Below, in pieces: positions 18,853 to 27,010 of a stretch of 64,000 nt of DNA. The notes beneath the pieces were generated by a model. The model was not told the DNA's origin, searched no databases, and was given only the letters and a program-made list of their open reading frames with translations. Source of the DNA: Syntrophaceae bacterium (GTDB lineage: Bacteria > Desulfobacterota > Syntrophia > Syntrophales > Smithellaceae); contig WRPE01000022.1 in the NCBI GenBank assembly GCA_009773315.1, positions 3,266-67,265 on the forward strand, given 5' to 3'. How positions within the stretch are numbered: position 1 is the stretch's first letter; each line of letters begins with the position of its first letter. The position numbers and the translations under genes are program-made.

Positions 18853-19737
18853 ATGATGATTACCCTGAGACAGTTGGAGATTTTCGAAAAGGTTGCCAGT
18901 GGCCGGCATGTTACGAAAGCCGGCGAACAGTTGTTCATCACCCAATCGGCAGTCAGCATGGCTATTGCCGAATTGGAGAAATTTGCCGACGCGCCTCTTT
19001 TTGAGCGCCGCGGCAGGCGGTTACTGCTCAATGATCGGGGGCGTCTGATTTTGTCTCAGGTACAAGACGTGCTGCGGCAAGTCGGCACGATAGAGCAGTT
19101 GCTGATTGAATCCGTCGGTGAACCGATAGGCGTATTGAAAGTGGGAGCCAGCACCACGGTTGGCAACTATATTCTTCCTCCTATCGTTGGGGACTTCACC
19201 AGGAACTATCCTCGTGCCAAAGCCTGGTTGCAGGTCGGCAATACCGACCAGATCGAGCACGCAGTGGAAACCGGTGTGTTGGACATGGGAATTATCGAGG
19301 GACCTTCCCATGTCGGTTCGCTTCACTCAACACAATGGAGGAACGATGAGCTTGTTGTGGTCGTCGGAAAAGGGCACCCCTGGACAATGCAAAAAAGAGC
19401 ATCCAAGGCTATGCTGGAAAAAGCGCAATGGATCATGCGGGAAAAGGGATCCGGAACCAGAGAGATATTTGAATCCGCGCTGAAGAAGAAAGGCATCAAC
19501 TGCACCATATCCATGGAGCTTGGGCATACGGAGGCCATCAAGAAAGCCGTTGAAGCAGGCTTAGGCGTAAGTTGCCTTTCAAGAATGGCGGTGGCTAGAG
19601 AGCTTTCTCATGAGTGGCTTACGGAAGTGCACACCACTCTTGATTTACGAAGAAACCTGATCATCCTAACCAGAAATGGCGAATACCGCACGGCACTTCT
19701 GAAAGCTTTCCTTTCAATTCTGAACAAGAGCAGATAG
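18853..19737 (+). CDS. LysR-family transcriptional regulator
   Basis: N-terminal HTH ITLRQLEIFEKVASGRHVTKAGEQLFITQSAVSMAIAELE and a C-terminal substrate-binding-domain layout. Divergent from dsrA. Confidence 0.9.
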   Translation: MMITLRQLEIFEKVASGRHVTKAGEQLFITQSAVSMAIAELEKFADAPLFERRGRRLLLNDRGRLILSQVQDVLRQVGTIEQLLIESVGEPIGVLKVGASTTVGNYILPPIVGDFTRNYPRAKAWLQVGNTDQIEHAVETGVLDMGIIEGPSHVGSLHSTQWRNDELVVVVGKGHPWTMQKRASKAMLEKAQWIMREKGSGTREIFESALKKKGINCTISMELGHTEAIKKAVEAGLGVSCLSRMAVARELSHEWLTEVHTTLDLRRNLIILTRNGEYRTALLKAFLSILNKSR

Positions 19738-20170
19738 AGGCGCACAGTCCGTTCACAGCAGAAGTATTTACAAACACCGAATAGGGGATTTCTTCTTCCA
19801 ATGGAAAATCATGGCTGGCGTGGTAGCCCAGATTGCGCAGAATCCCCGATCCCAGCATTCCCCAATACTTGGAGAGCTTAATCACGTGCCCGGCGTCCTG
19901 AGATTCCGTTATGGCCAGCCTTAGCGTCTGCTGGGCCACCTGATCGGCAAAGTCATAGATTTTTTCCGCCCGGGCAGCGGGGCTGAGGTTGCTCCAGATA
20001 CCGCTTTCAAAGGCCCGCTTCGCCGCGGCAATGGCCGCCTCGGCATCCGCCCGCCCGGCTTTAGCCACTGTAGCAAAGGGTGCTCCCGTCCCCGGATCGA
20101 TGGTTTCAAAAACATCGCCGTTTGCCGCTTCAACAAACTCTCCGTCAATAAATAGTTTGTAATGATCCAT
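19661..20170 (-). pseudogene. Truncated aldehyde dehydrogenase (N-terminal ~130 aa only)
   Basis: MDHYKLFIDGEFVEAANGDVFETIDPGTGAPFATVAKAGRADAEAAIAAAKRAFESGIWSNLSPAARAEKIY is a typical ALDH N-terminus. Similarity is lost after ~130 aa and the ORF tail overlaps the lysR 3' end. ALDHs are normally around 480-500 aa. Confidence 0.7.
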
Positions 20171-20198
20171 CTTAAATACTCCCTTTCTTGGTCTTAAT

Positions 20199-22187
20199 TT
20201 ATGGCGTTACGATGTTGAACCACAGATCGAATTCATCCAGCATAGACATGAGTTCACTGAGTCTCCCGATGCTTCCCTCATAGGAGATCTGTCGCAATAG
20301 AATCCTGGCGAGAAAGGTGGTCTGTCCGCTAATGACCTTGTTGAAAAGTTTTCGGGAGAGTTTGACTGAGCAGTCGGCGTTTTTGGCCTGTTTCCCCGCG
20401 GTGTGATTCAGAACGGAATTTTCCAGAGTCAGAACGTAAAGCTCGTTTGTGTCGGTGAAATGCCAGTTGATGCTAATGGACTTCCCCGCCGTCTTTGGGC
20501 CGTTGAGGCGAATAGCCATGCTGTCGAAGATCATGTCCAGGGACAGGGCCTGATAGACGTCCAGGGCCGGGGGTATCTTGGCGAAGGGCTTCTTGACGCC
20601 TTGCCTGAGTTCCTGAGCCCCGAAGAGATAGAAATTCCGGAAGACAGCCGATTCGGACTGGTAGCCCAACTGCTCCAGAGAGTCGGCTTGGAGACGGCGG
20701 GCCGCCTGGTTTTCGGGATCGGCAAAAACGACATGGTTTACAACCTGGGCGACCCAACGGTACTCGCCCTTGTCAAAGGATGCCTTCGCCTTGGCCAGGA
20801 CCTGGTCTGAGCCTCCCATGAATTCTACGTACTTTTTGCTCGCCTCCACCGACGGCAAGGGATCGAAATTGGCCGGATTGCCGTCGTACCAGCCCAGATA
20901 GTGCTGATACACCGCTTTGGCGTTCCAGCCCACCGTGGCATAATAACCACGGTTGAACCATTCTCTGGCCAATGTATCCGGCAGTCGAAGCTCTTCGGCG
21001 ATTTCCGTCATGGTGTAGCCGTGGTTGGCCAGACGCAGGGTCTGGTCGTGGATGTATTTATAGACGTCCGCCTGCTTGCGCAGGAAATTAATGATATTTT
21101 CCTTTCTCCACCGGGGCCAGGTATGGCCGGCAAAGACCACATCCGACGTTTCTCCGAAGCGATCAATAGCCTCATGAATAAAGCCTGACCAGGCCTTGGC
21201 GTTGCGAACCTGCGCCCCCCGGGGGGTAAGCAGGTTGTGGAGGGTGGCCACACAATTGTCGGCCATAAAGAGCGCCCTCAACTGTGGAAAATGAAAATTC
21301 ATATTCGACGGCGCCTCCGTGCCGGGTGTCATTTGAAAGACGATTTTGACGCCGTCAACGGTCATTTCCTGTCCCGTCTTAACCACCGTATCGGTCGGAT
21401 GAATCAGGCTGGTGGACAGGGTCATGGGTACTGATTTCCCGAGGCCTGCATCCACCTGCCCCCGGGGTCCCCGCTGTAAGAAGGGCCCGTACATGTACTG
21501 GCTTCTCCGGATCATGGCATTGCCGGCGTAGACGTTCTCACCGATGGCCTCTTCCATGAACCCCGCCGGAACGATGATCTTGACCTTGCCCCCCTGGACA
21601 TCCTCGGCGGAGACCACTCCTTTTATGCCTGCCCAGTGATCCGCATGGCTGTGGGAATGGATGACGGCCATGATGGGTTTCTTTCCCAGATGCGCATAGA
21701 CAAGCTCAAGGGCTGCCCGTGAGGTATCAACAGACGTGAGGGGATCAATGATGATGTAGCCGGTATCACCCACAACGATCCCCATGTTGGCCAGGTCATA
21801 GCCGCGCACCTGATATATCCGATCGGCCACTTTAAAGAGGCCATGGAAATTGTTAAGCGTTGCCTGGCGGCGCAGGCTGGGATTGATGGTCTCCATAGGG
21901 GCGTCCCCGTTCAGGAACTGATATTGGTTCATATCCCAAACGATCTGGCCTTCGGGATTGCGGATGACGGCGACCGGCGCGGGCGCGACCAATCCACGGG
22001 CGGCGTCGGCAAAATCCTGCTTGTCACGAAACGGCAGGTCATGGAGAACAGCAGCGTTTGATTGTCGGGTTGCCTCTGTGGCAGCCTCGGGTTCCGCAGC
22101 TTGAGCCCTAATATTTGCCATGACGGTCAGGGCAACCAGAGCCAGAAAAAGAACTTGCAATAGCCAGAAACTCTTTCTCTTTTCCAT
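20199..22187 (-). CDS. Exported alkyl/aryl sulfatase, metallo-beta-lactamase fold (SdsA1/BDS1 type)
   Basis: Signal peptide. VIHSHSHADHWAG MBL metal motif. The length and the C-terminal SCP2-like tail are typical of type III sulfatases. Confidence 0.8.
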   Translation of the reverse strand: MEKRKSFWLLQVLFLALVALTVMANIRAQAAEPEAATEATRQSNAAVLHDLPFRDKQDFADAARGLVAPAPVAVIRNPEGQIVWDMNQYQFLNGDAPMETINPSLRRQATLNNFHGLFKVADRIYQVRGYDLANMGIVVGDTGYIIIDPLTSVDTSRAALELVYAHLGKKPIMAVIHSHSHADHWAGIKGVVSAEDVQGGKVKIIVPAGFMEEAIGENVYAGNAMIRRSQYMYGPFLQRGPRGQVDAGLGKSVPMTLSTSLIHPTDTVVKTGQEMTVDGVKIVFQMTPGTEAPSNMNFHFPQLRALFMADNCVATLHNLLTPRGAQVRNAKAWSGFIHEAIDRFGETSDVVFAGHTWPRWRKENIINFLRKQADVYKYIHDQTLRLANHGYTMTEIAEELRLPDTLAREWFNRGYYATVGWNAKAVYQHYLGWYDGNPANFDPLPSVEASKKYVEFMGGSDQVLAKAKASFDKGEYRWVAQVVNHVVFADPENQAARRLQADSLEQLGYQSESAVFRNFYLFGAQELRQGVKKPFAKIPPALDVYQALSLDMIFDSMAIRLNGPKTAGKSISINWHFTDTNELYVLTLENSVLNHTAGKQAKNADCSVKLSRKLFNKVISGQTTFLARILLRQISYEGSIGRLSELMSMLDEFDLWFNIVTP

Positions 22188-22290
22188 ATTTTCCCCTATG
22201 CCTCCTCTGGATGTTTAGTCTTTTCTCATAAGTATTTTACCAAGTCAATGTGGAATGTTTTTTTTCTCATCGAGCCTCCTTTCAGATTAA

Positions 22291-22395
22291 TTTAATCCCG
22301 CTGTTGCGGGACGAGCGTTAATTCTCCGCAGCGACCTCGCGATATAATGACGTTCATTTCATACCTTGACAGCGAGCTCGCGAGGTGGTTGATTG
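22291..22395 (+). repeat. Copy 1 of a ~105-nt dispersed intergenic repeat
   Basis: TTTAATCCCGCTGTTGCGGGACGAGCGTTAATTC...GCGATATAATGACGTTCATTTCATACCTTGACAGCGAGCTCGCGAGGTGGTTGATTG. Near-identical to 23224-23329 and related to 50390-50492. Confidence 0.9.
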
Positions 22396-22460
22396 GGCAT
22401 TGTGGATAGCCAATCCATAGCTTATCCACGACCAGAAATATTCAGTGCCGATATTTCGAC

Positions 22461-22487
22461 TTGACGTTTTTCCATCCCGTCTATACA
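22461..22487 (+). promoter_or_regulatory. Candidate sigma70-type promoter for ccdA
   Basis: TTGACG (22461-22466), a 15-nt spacer, then TATACA (22482-22487), ~30 nt upstream of the ccdA ATG. The spacer is short, so the call is weak. Confidence 0.25.
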
Positions 22488-22514
22488 TTCTAAAAAACTA
22501 TTGTCAGGAAATAG

Positions 22515-23228
22515 ATGATTGAAAATCTAATTAGTAATTTATCCGGGTATTTACAGGGTTCGACCATCCTGGCTTTTGTGGCAGCCTATCTGGGTGGTCT
22601 GGTGATCAGTTTTACACCCTGCACGTATCCGCTGATACCCATAACGGTCGGATTTATCGGCGCGCAGGGCGCCTCTTCGAAACTGCGTGGATTTCTGTTG
22701 TCCTTGTTCTATGTTCTGGGGCTGGCAGTGACATATGCCGCTCTGGGAGCGGTGGCGGCTTTGTCGGGAAAACTCTTCGGACAGATGCAGACGACTCCGC
22801 TGGTCTATTTTATCATGGCTAACGTTTGTCTGATTATGGGATTGTCCATGCTCGATGTCTTCAAAATTTCAATCCCGATTCCGCAAAGGATGATGAAATA
22901 TTCCGGCGGCGGCAAAAAAGGATTTATTGCCAGTTTTCTGTTGGGCGCGGCCTCCGGTTTTGTGATCGGCCCCTGCACCGCGCCTGCGTTGGGCGTGCTG
23001 CTTGGTTTTGTGGCGCTGCAGACCCATGTTCTTTTGGGCATCGGCCTTCTGTTTGTTTTTGCCTTCGGCATGGGGACGCTCTTGATTCTGGTCGGAACGT
23101 TTGCCGGATTTATTTCATCACTGCCGCGATCGGGAGCCTGGATGACTATAATCACAAGGATTTTTGGTGTTATTTTGATTGGCGCGGCCGAATATTTCCT
23201 GTATACGGCAGGCACGCTTGCTTTTTAA
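22515..23228 (+). CDS. ccdA: Cytochrome c biogenesis / thiol-disulfide electron transporter, CcdA (DsbD beta-domain) family
   Basis: Six-TM protein with the FTPCTYPLIP and GPCTAPALG conserved Cys motifs. Confidence 0.88.
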   Translation: MIENLISNLSGYLQGSTILAFVAAYLGGLVISFTPCTYPLIPITVGFIGAQGASSKLRGFLLSLFYVLGLAVTYAALGAVAALSGKLFGQMQTTPLVYFIMANVCLIMGLSMLDVFKISIPIPQRMMKYSGGGKKGFIASFLLGAASGFVIGPCTAPALGVLLGFVALQTHVLLGIGLLFVFAFGMGTLLILVGTFAGFISSLPRSGAWMTIITRIFGVILIGAAEYFLYTAGTLAF

Positions 23229-23329
23229 TCCCGCTGTTGCGGGACGAGCGTCAATTCTCCGCGAGCGAGTTCGCGATATAATGACGTTCATTTCATACCT
23301 CGACAGCGAGCTCGCGATGTGATTGATTC
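23224..23329 (+). repeat. Copy 2 of the ~105-nt dispersed repeat
   Basis: Begins at the ccdA stop codon and ends at the RBS of the next gene. Same orientation as copy 1. Confidence 0.9.
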
Positions 23330-23340
23330 GAAGGAGGATC

Positions 23341-23850
23341 ATGCGAAAAAAAGTTCATGTTTTTATTGTTTTACTTTGTATATTGATCTTTGTTCCCGTA
23401 TCCGTCTCATGGGGCCAGTATATTCCTAATGCGCCATTTAAGCCGCAGTACCCCGCCGCGCCGGATTTCACCATCAAAGACTTGAAGGGTAAGACTTTCC
23501 GCCTGAGTGCTCAGCGCGGCAAGCCGGTGCTGATTTTTTTCGGAACAACCTGGTGTCCCGGATGCCGCGCCGAGATACCCGTTTACAAAAAGGTTTACGA
23601 AATATACGCACCGCGCGGTCTGGAAGTGATTTATATTAACATTATGGAACCGGCGAAAAAAGTGCAGCGATTTGCCCAGGCCAATTCTCTTCCCTACCGG
23701 ACGCTGTTGGACGAAGACGGCAGCGTGGCCAATGCCTACAATGTCGTCGGCGTGCCCATGATCATGCTGGTGGACAAAGACGGCAATATTATTAAAGTCG
23801 GCCACAGCTCGTCGGAGATGCCGCTGGACAAAGTTTTGCGGGCTAAGTAA
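23341..23850 (+). CDS. TlpA/ResA-like periplasmic thioredoxin
   Basis: Signal/anchor helix and a FGTTWCPGCRAE CxxC motif. ATG 23341 is preceded by AGGAGG. Confidence 0.88.
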   Translation: MRKKVHVFIVLLCILIFVPVSVSWGQYIPNAPFKPQYPAAPDFTIKDLKGKTFRLSAQRGKPVLIFFGTTWCPGCRAEIPVYKKVYEIYAPRGLEVIYINIMEPAKKVQRFAQANSLPYRTLLDEDGSVANAYNVVGVPMIMLVDKDGNIIKVGHSSSEMPLDKVLRAK

Positions 23851-23942
23851 AAGCGCACAAAGGCATGTCCGGAAGGATAAGCCCTGATGCACTCCTTAAA
23901 CAAAACAGCAATAAAAATAGATCTTCAGGAGAAGGTGGATCC

Positions 23943-24164
23943 ATGACACAAAATGACTGGCTGCACAACTTTACAAAATCCGATACGGACCGCTGGATTA
24001 GCGGCGTCTGCGGCGGATTCGGAGAACATACGCCTGTTCCTTCCTGGGCATGGCGCTTATTGTTTGCCTTGCTGGTTATTTGTTTTGGAACAGGGTTCCT
24101 CCTTTATCTCCTGCTTTGGATTTTTGTCCCGCGCAAGGCGCCGGCCGGATCATCCGGACCGTGA
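23943..24164 (+). CDS. PspC-domain membrane protein
   Basis: DRWISGVCGGFGEHTPVPSWAWRLLFALL is a PspC-domain signature followed by a TM helix. Confidence 0.75.
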   Translation: MTQNDWLHNFTKSDTDRWISGVCGGFGEHTPVPSWAWRLLFALLVICFGTGFLLYLLLWIFVPRKAPAGSSGP

Positions 24165-24198
24165 CAAAAGGAACTATTTTAAAAAGGAAGGTTTGGAG

Positions 24199-24864
24199 AT
24201 GAAGTATCAAGACGATATTTTTATTTATGAGTGGGCGAACTATTTCGACAACAACTGCAACAGCTACTATATCGGCGGAGACATACAGGCGCTCATTGAT
24301 CCGGGTCTGACGCGCTATCTACCCGATTTGCTCAATCAGATGGCAAACGACGGCATCAAAAAGAAAAACATCCGCTACGTGATCAACACGCATTCTCATC
24401 CCGATCACTTTCAGGGTTCCGAGCTTTTTGATCAGGAAACGGTGAAGATCGCCCTGCACCGCAAGGAAATGGATTTCCTCAAGGGCATCGGCGGCGAACT
24501 CTACGGTCTCTTCGGCATTACCGTGCCGCAGATGCAGATCAATATGCAACTGGAAGACGGCAAGCTCGACCTGGGCGATCAGATATTCAAAGTCATTTCC
24601 ATTCCCGGCCATACGCCCGGCTCCATCGGACTTTACTGGCCGGCAAAGAAAGTCCTCTTCTGCGGCGATGTCGTGTTTCAGCAGAATGTCGGCCGCACGG
24701 ATTTTCCCGGAGGCAACGGCACCTTGCTGAAAAAGAGTATCGTCACGCTATCCGATCTGGACATCGGGTTACTTTTACCCGGGCACATGGGCATTATCGA
24801 AGGCCGGGAGAAAGTACAGGACAATTTTAATATTATCATTCAAAATATTTTCCCCTACATTTAG
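24199..24864 (+). CDS. MBL-fold metallo-hydrolase
   Basis: INTHSHPDHFQG (HxHxDH) and IPGHTPGS motifs. The start is trimmed to MKYQDD, which has a GGAG RBS. Confidence 0.85.
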   Translation: MKYQDDIFIYEWANYFDNNCNSYYIGGDIQALIDPGLTRYLPDLLNQMANDGIKKKNIRYVINTHSHPDHFQGSELFDQETVKIALHRKEMDFLKGIGGELYGLFGITVPQMQINMQLEDGKLDLGDQIFKVISIPGHTPGSIGLYWPAKKVLFCGDVVFQQNVGRTDFPGGNGTLLKKSIVTLSDLDIGLLLPGHMGIIEGREKVQDNFNIIIQNIFPYI

Positions 24865-24897
24865 GGACAATTTACCAATCTGGAGGTTTTACGCTAC

Positions 24898-26583
24898 ATG
24901 GCCAATGAAGGAAACAAAGTTATTTATTCCATGATCGGAGTCAGCAAGATTTACGAAAAAAAGCCGGTGCTCAAAGACATTTATTTGTCTTATTTCTATG
25001 GCGCGAAAATCGGCGTGATCGGTTTGAACGGTTCCGGCAAAAGCTCTCTTTTAAAGATTCTGGCAGGGGTTGACGATGAATTTCTGGGTAAGACCATTCT
25101 TTCCCCGGGCCACACGGTAGGCTATCTGGAGCAGGAACCGCGTCTGGACGAGTCAAAAACAGTGCGCCAGATTGTGGAGCAGGGTGTGCAGTCCACGATG
25201 GATGTGATCAACGAATATAACGCCGTGAACGAAAAATTTGCCGAGTCCTTGTCGGATGACGAGATGACCAAACTCTGCGATAGACAGGCTGTCCTTCAGG
25301 AAAAGATGGATGCGCTCGATGCCTGGGATATGGATTCACGCCTGGAAATGGCGATGGACGCCCTGCGCTGCCCGCCGGGCGACACGCCCGTGAAGGTGCT
25401 CTCCGGCGGTGAAAAACGCCGTGTCGCTCTTTGTCGCCTGCTTCTGCAGAAACCGGACATTTTGCTTTTGGACGAACCGACCAACCATCTGGATGCCGAA
25501 TCCGTTGCCTGGCTGGAACATCACCTGCAAAAATATGAAGGCACCATTATCGCCGTCACGCATGACCGCTATTTTCTCGACAACGTTGCCGGCTGGATTC
25601 TGGAACTTGACCGCGGTCAGGGCATCCCCTGGCAAGGCAATTATTCTTCATGGCTCGAGCAAAAGCAAAACCGACTGAAGAATGAAGAAAAATCCGAGGG
25701 CGAAAGAATCAAGACTCTGGAGCGCGAACTGGAGTGGATTCGTATGTCGCCCAAAGGACGGCATGCCAAATCCAAGGCGCGCATTAGCGCTTATGAAGAA
25801 TTGCTTGGGAAAAACCAGGAAAAGGAATCCGGCACCCGCGAAATGTTTATCGCGCCGGGGCCCCGCCTGGGCGACCTGGTGATCGAAGCCAAAGATGTGA
25901 ACAAGGGCTATGGCGATAAGCTGCTGGTGGAAGGCATGACTTTTGCGCTGCCACCCGGCGGCATCGTCGGTGTCATCGGCCCCAACGGCGCGGGCAAGAC
26001 GACATTGTTCCGCATGATCACCAATCAGGAAATGCCGGATACCGGAACAATCCGCATTGGCGACACCGTGAAACTAGCTTATGTTGACCAGAGCCGCGAC
26101 GCGCTTGATCCTAACAAAAATATCTGGGAGATGATTTCCGACGGTCAGGACATTATTCCTATTGGATCAAGGCAGATCAATTCACGCGCGTATGTGTCAC
26201 GCTTTAATTTTTCCGGTACGGATCAGCAGAAAAAAGTCGGGACGCTCTCCGGTGGAGAGCGCAACCGCGTGCATCTGGCGCGCATGCTCAAAGCAGGCGC
26301 CAATGTGCTGTTGCTCGATGAGCCCACCAACGATCTGGATATCAACACGCTGCGCGCGCTGGAGGATTCCCTGGAGAGCTTTGCCGGTTGCGTCGTCGTC
26401 ATCAGCCACGACCGCTGGTTTCTGGATAGAATCTGCACGCATATTCTGGCCTTTGAAGGCGAAAGCAAAACGCTCCTATTTGACGGCAACTATTCCGAAT
26501 ATGAAGAAGACCGGAAAAGCCGCCTCGGTGCCGCCGCCAATCAGCCGCATCGAATTAAATACCGGCAACTCACCAGAAGATAG
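24898..26583 (+). CDS. ettA: Energy-dependent translational throttle protein EttA (ABC-F ATPase)
   Basis: Collinear with my recollection of E. coli EttA: GLNGSGKSSLLKI, LSGGEKRRVALCRLLL, ITHDRYFLDNVAGWILELDRGQGIPWQGNYSSWLEQK, VISHDRWFLDRI. Confidence 0.95.
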   Translation: MANEGNKVIYSMIGVSKIYEKKPVLKDIYLSYFYGAKIGVIGLNGSGKSSLLKILAGVDDEFLGKTILSPGHTVGYLEQEPRLDESKTVRQIVEQGVQSTMDVINEYNAVNEKFAESLSDDEMTKLCDRQAVLQEKMDALDAWDMDSRLEMAMDALRCPPGDTPVKVLSGGEKRRVALCRLLLQKPDILLLDEPTNHLDAESVAWLEHHLQKYEGTIIAVTHDRYFLDNVAGWILELDRGQGIPWQGNYSSWLEQKQNRLKNEEKSEGERIKTLERELEWIRMSPKGRHAKSKARISAYEELLGKNQEKESGTREMFIAPGPRLGDLVIEAKDVNKGYGDKLLVEGMTFALPPGGIVGVIGPNGAGKTTLFRMITNQEMPDTGTIRIGDTVKLAYVDQSRDALDPNKNIWEMISDGQDIIPIGSRQINSRAYVSRFNFSGTDQQKKVGTLSGGERNRVHLARMLKAGANVLLLDEPTNDLDINTLRALEDSLESFAGCVVVISHDRWFLDRICTHILAFEGESKTLLFDGNYSEYEEDRKSRLGAAANQPHRIKYRQLTRR

Positions 26584-26586
26584 GTT

Positions 26587-26886
26587 TTAAGGTATCTTAA
26601 TTTTTCTTTTTTCCGTCTGTGGACAGGGACGATAGAAGATGGCGATGTTGCCTATGAGACCGACCAGTTCGCTTTTGGTGGCTGCCGCGATTTGGGCGGC
26701 GATTTCCTTTTTGGCTTCTTTGAATTCCCCGAATTTTATTTTGATGAGTTCATGATCCTTCAGGGCGAGATCGACGGAGCCGAGCAGTTGTTCGGTCACG
26801 CCTTTTATGCCAATCATTACCAGTGGTTTTAAATGATGCGCCTCTCCGCGCAGATATTTTCGTTGTGAGCTTTTGAGTTGTTCCAT
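26587..26886 (-). CDS. yhbY: YhbY-like CRM-domain RNA-binding protein
   Basis: LKSSQRKYLRGEAHHLKPLVMIGIKGVTEQLLGSVDLALKDHELIKIKF matches the YhbY pattern. The start is set at MEQLK. Confidence 0.8.
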   Translation of the reverse strand: MEQLKSSQRKYLRGEAHHLKPLVMIGIKGVTEQLLGSVDLALKDHELIKIKFGEFKEAKKEIAAQIAAATKSELVGLIGNIAIFYRPCPQTEKRKIKIP

Positions 26887-27010
26887 AAAAGAGTTCTTTC
26901 CTGATTTTTTGATTCGTCTTTCATATAGCACAGTTAATCATTTTTTAAAAACCATAGTATTTGTGAACGGAAGATCATAAATTCAGTAGAAATGTTCTTC
27001 GAATAATGCC

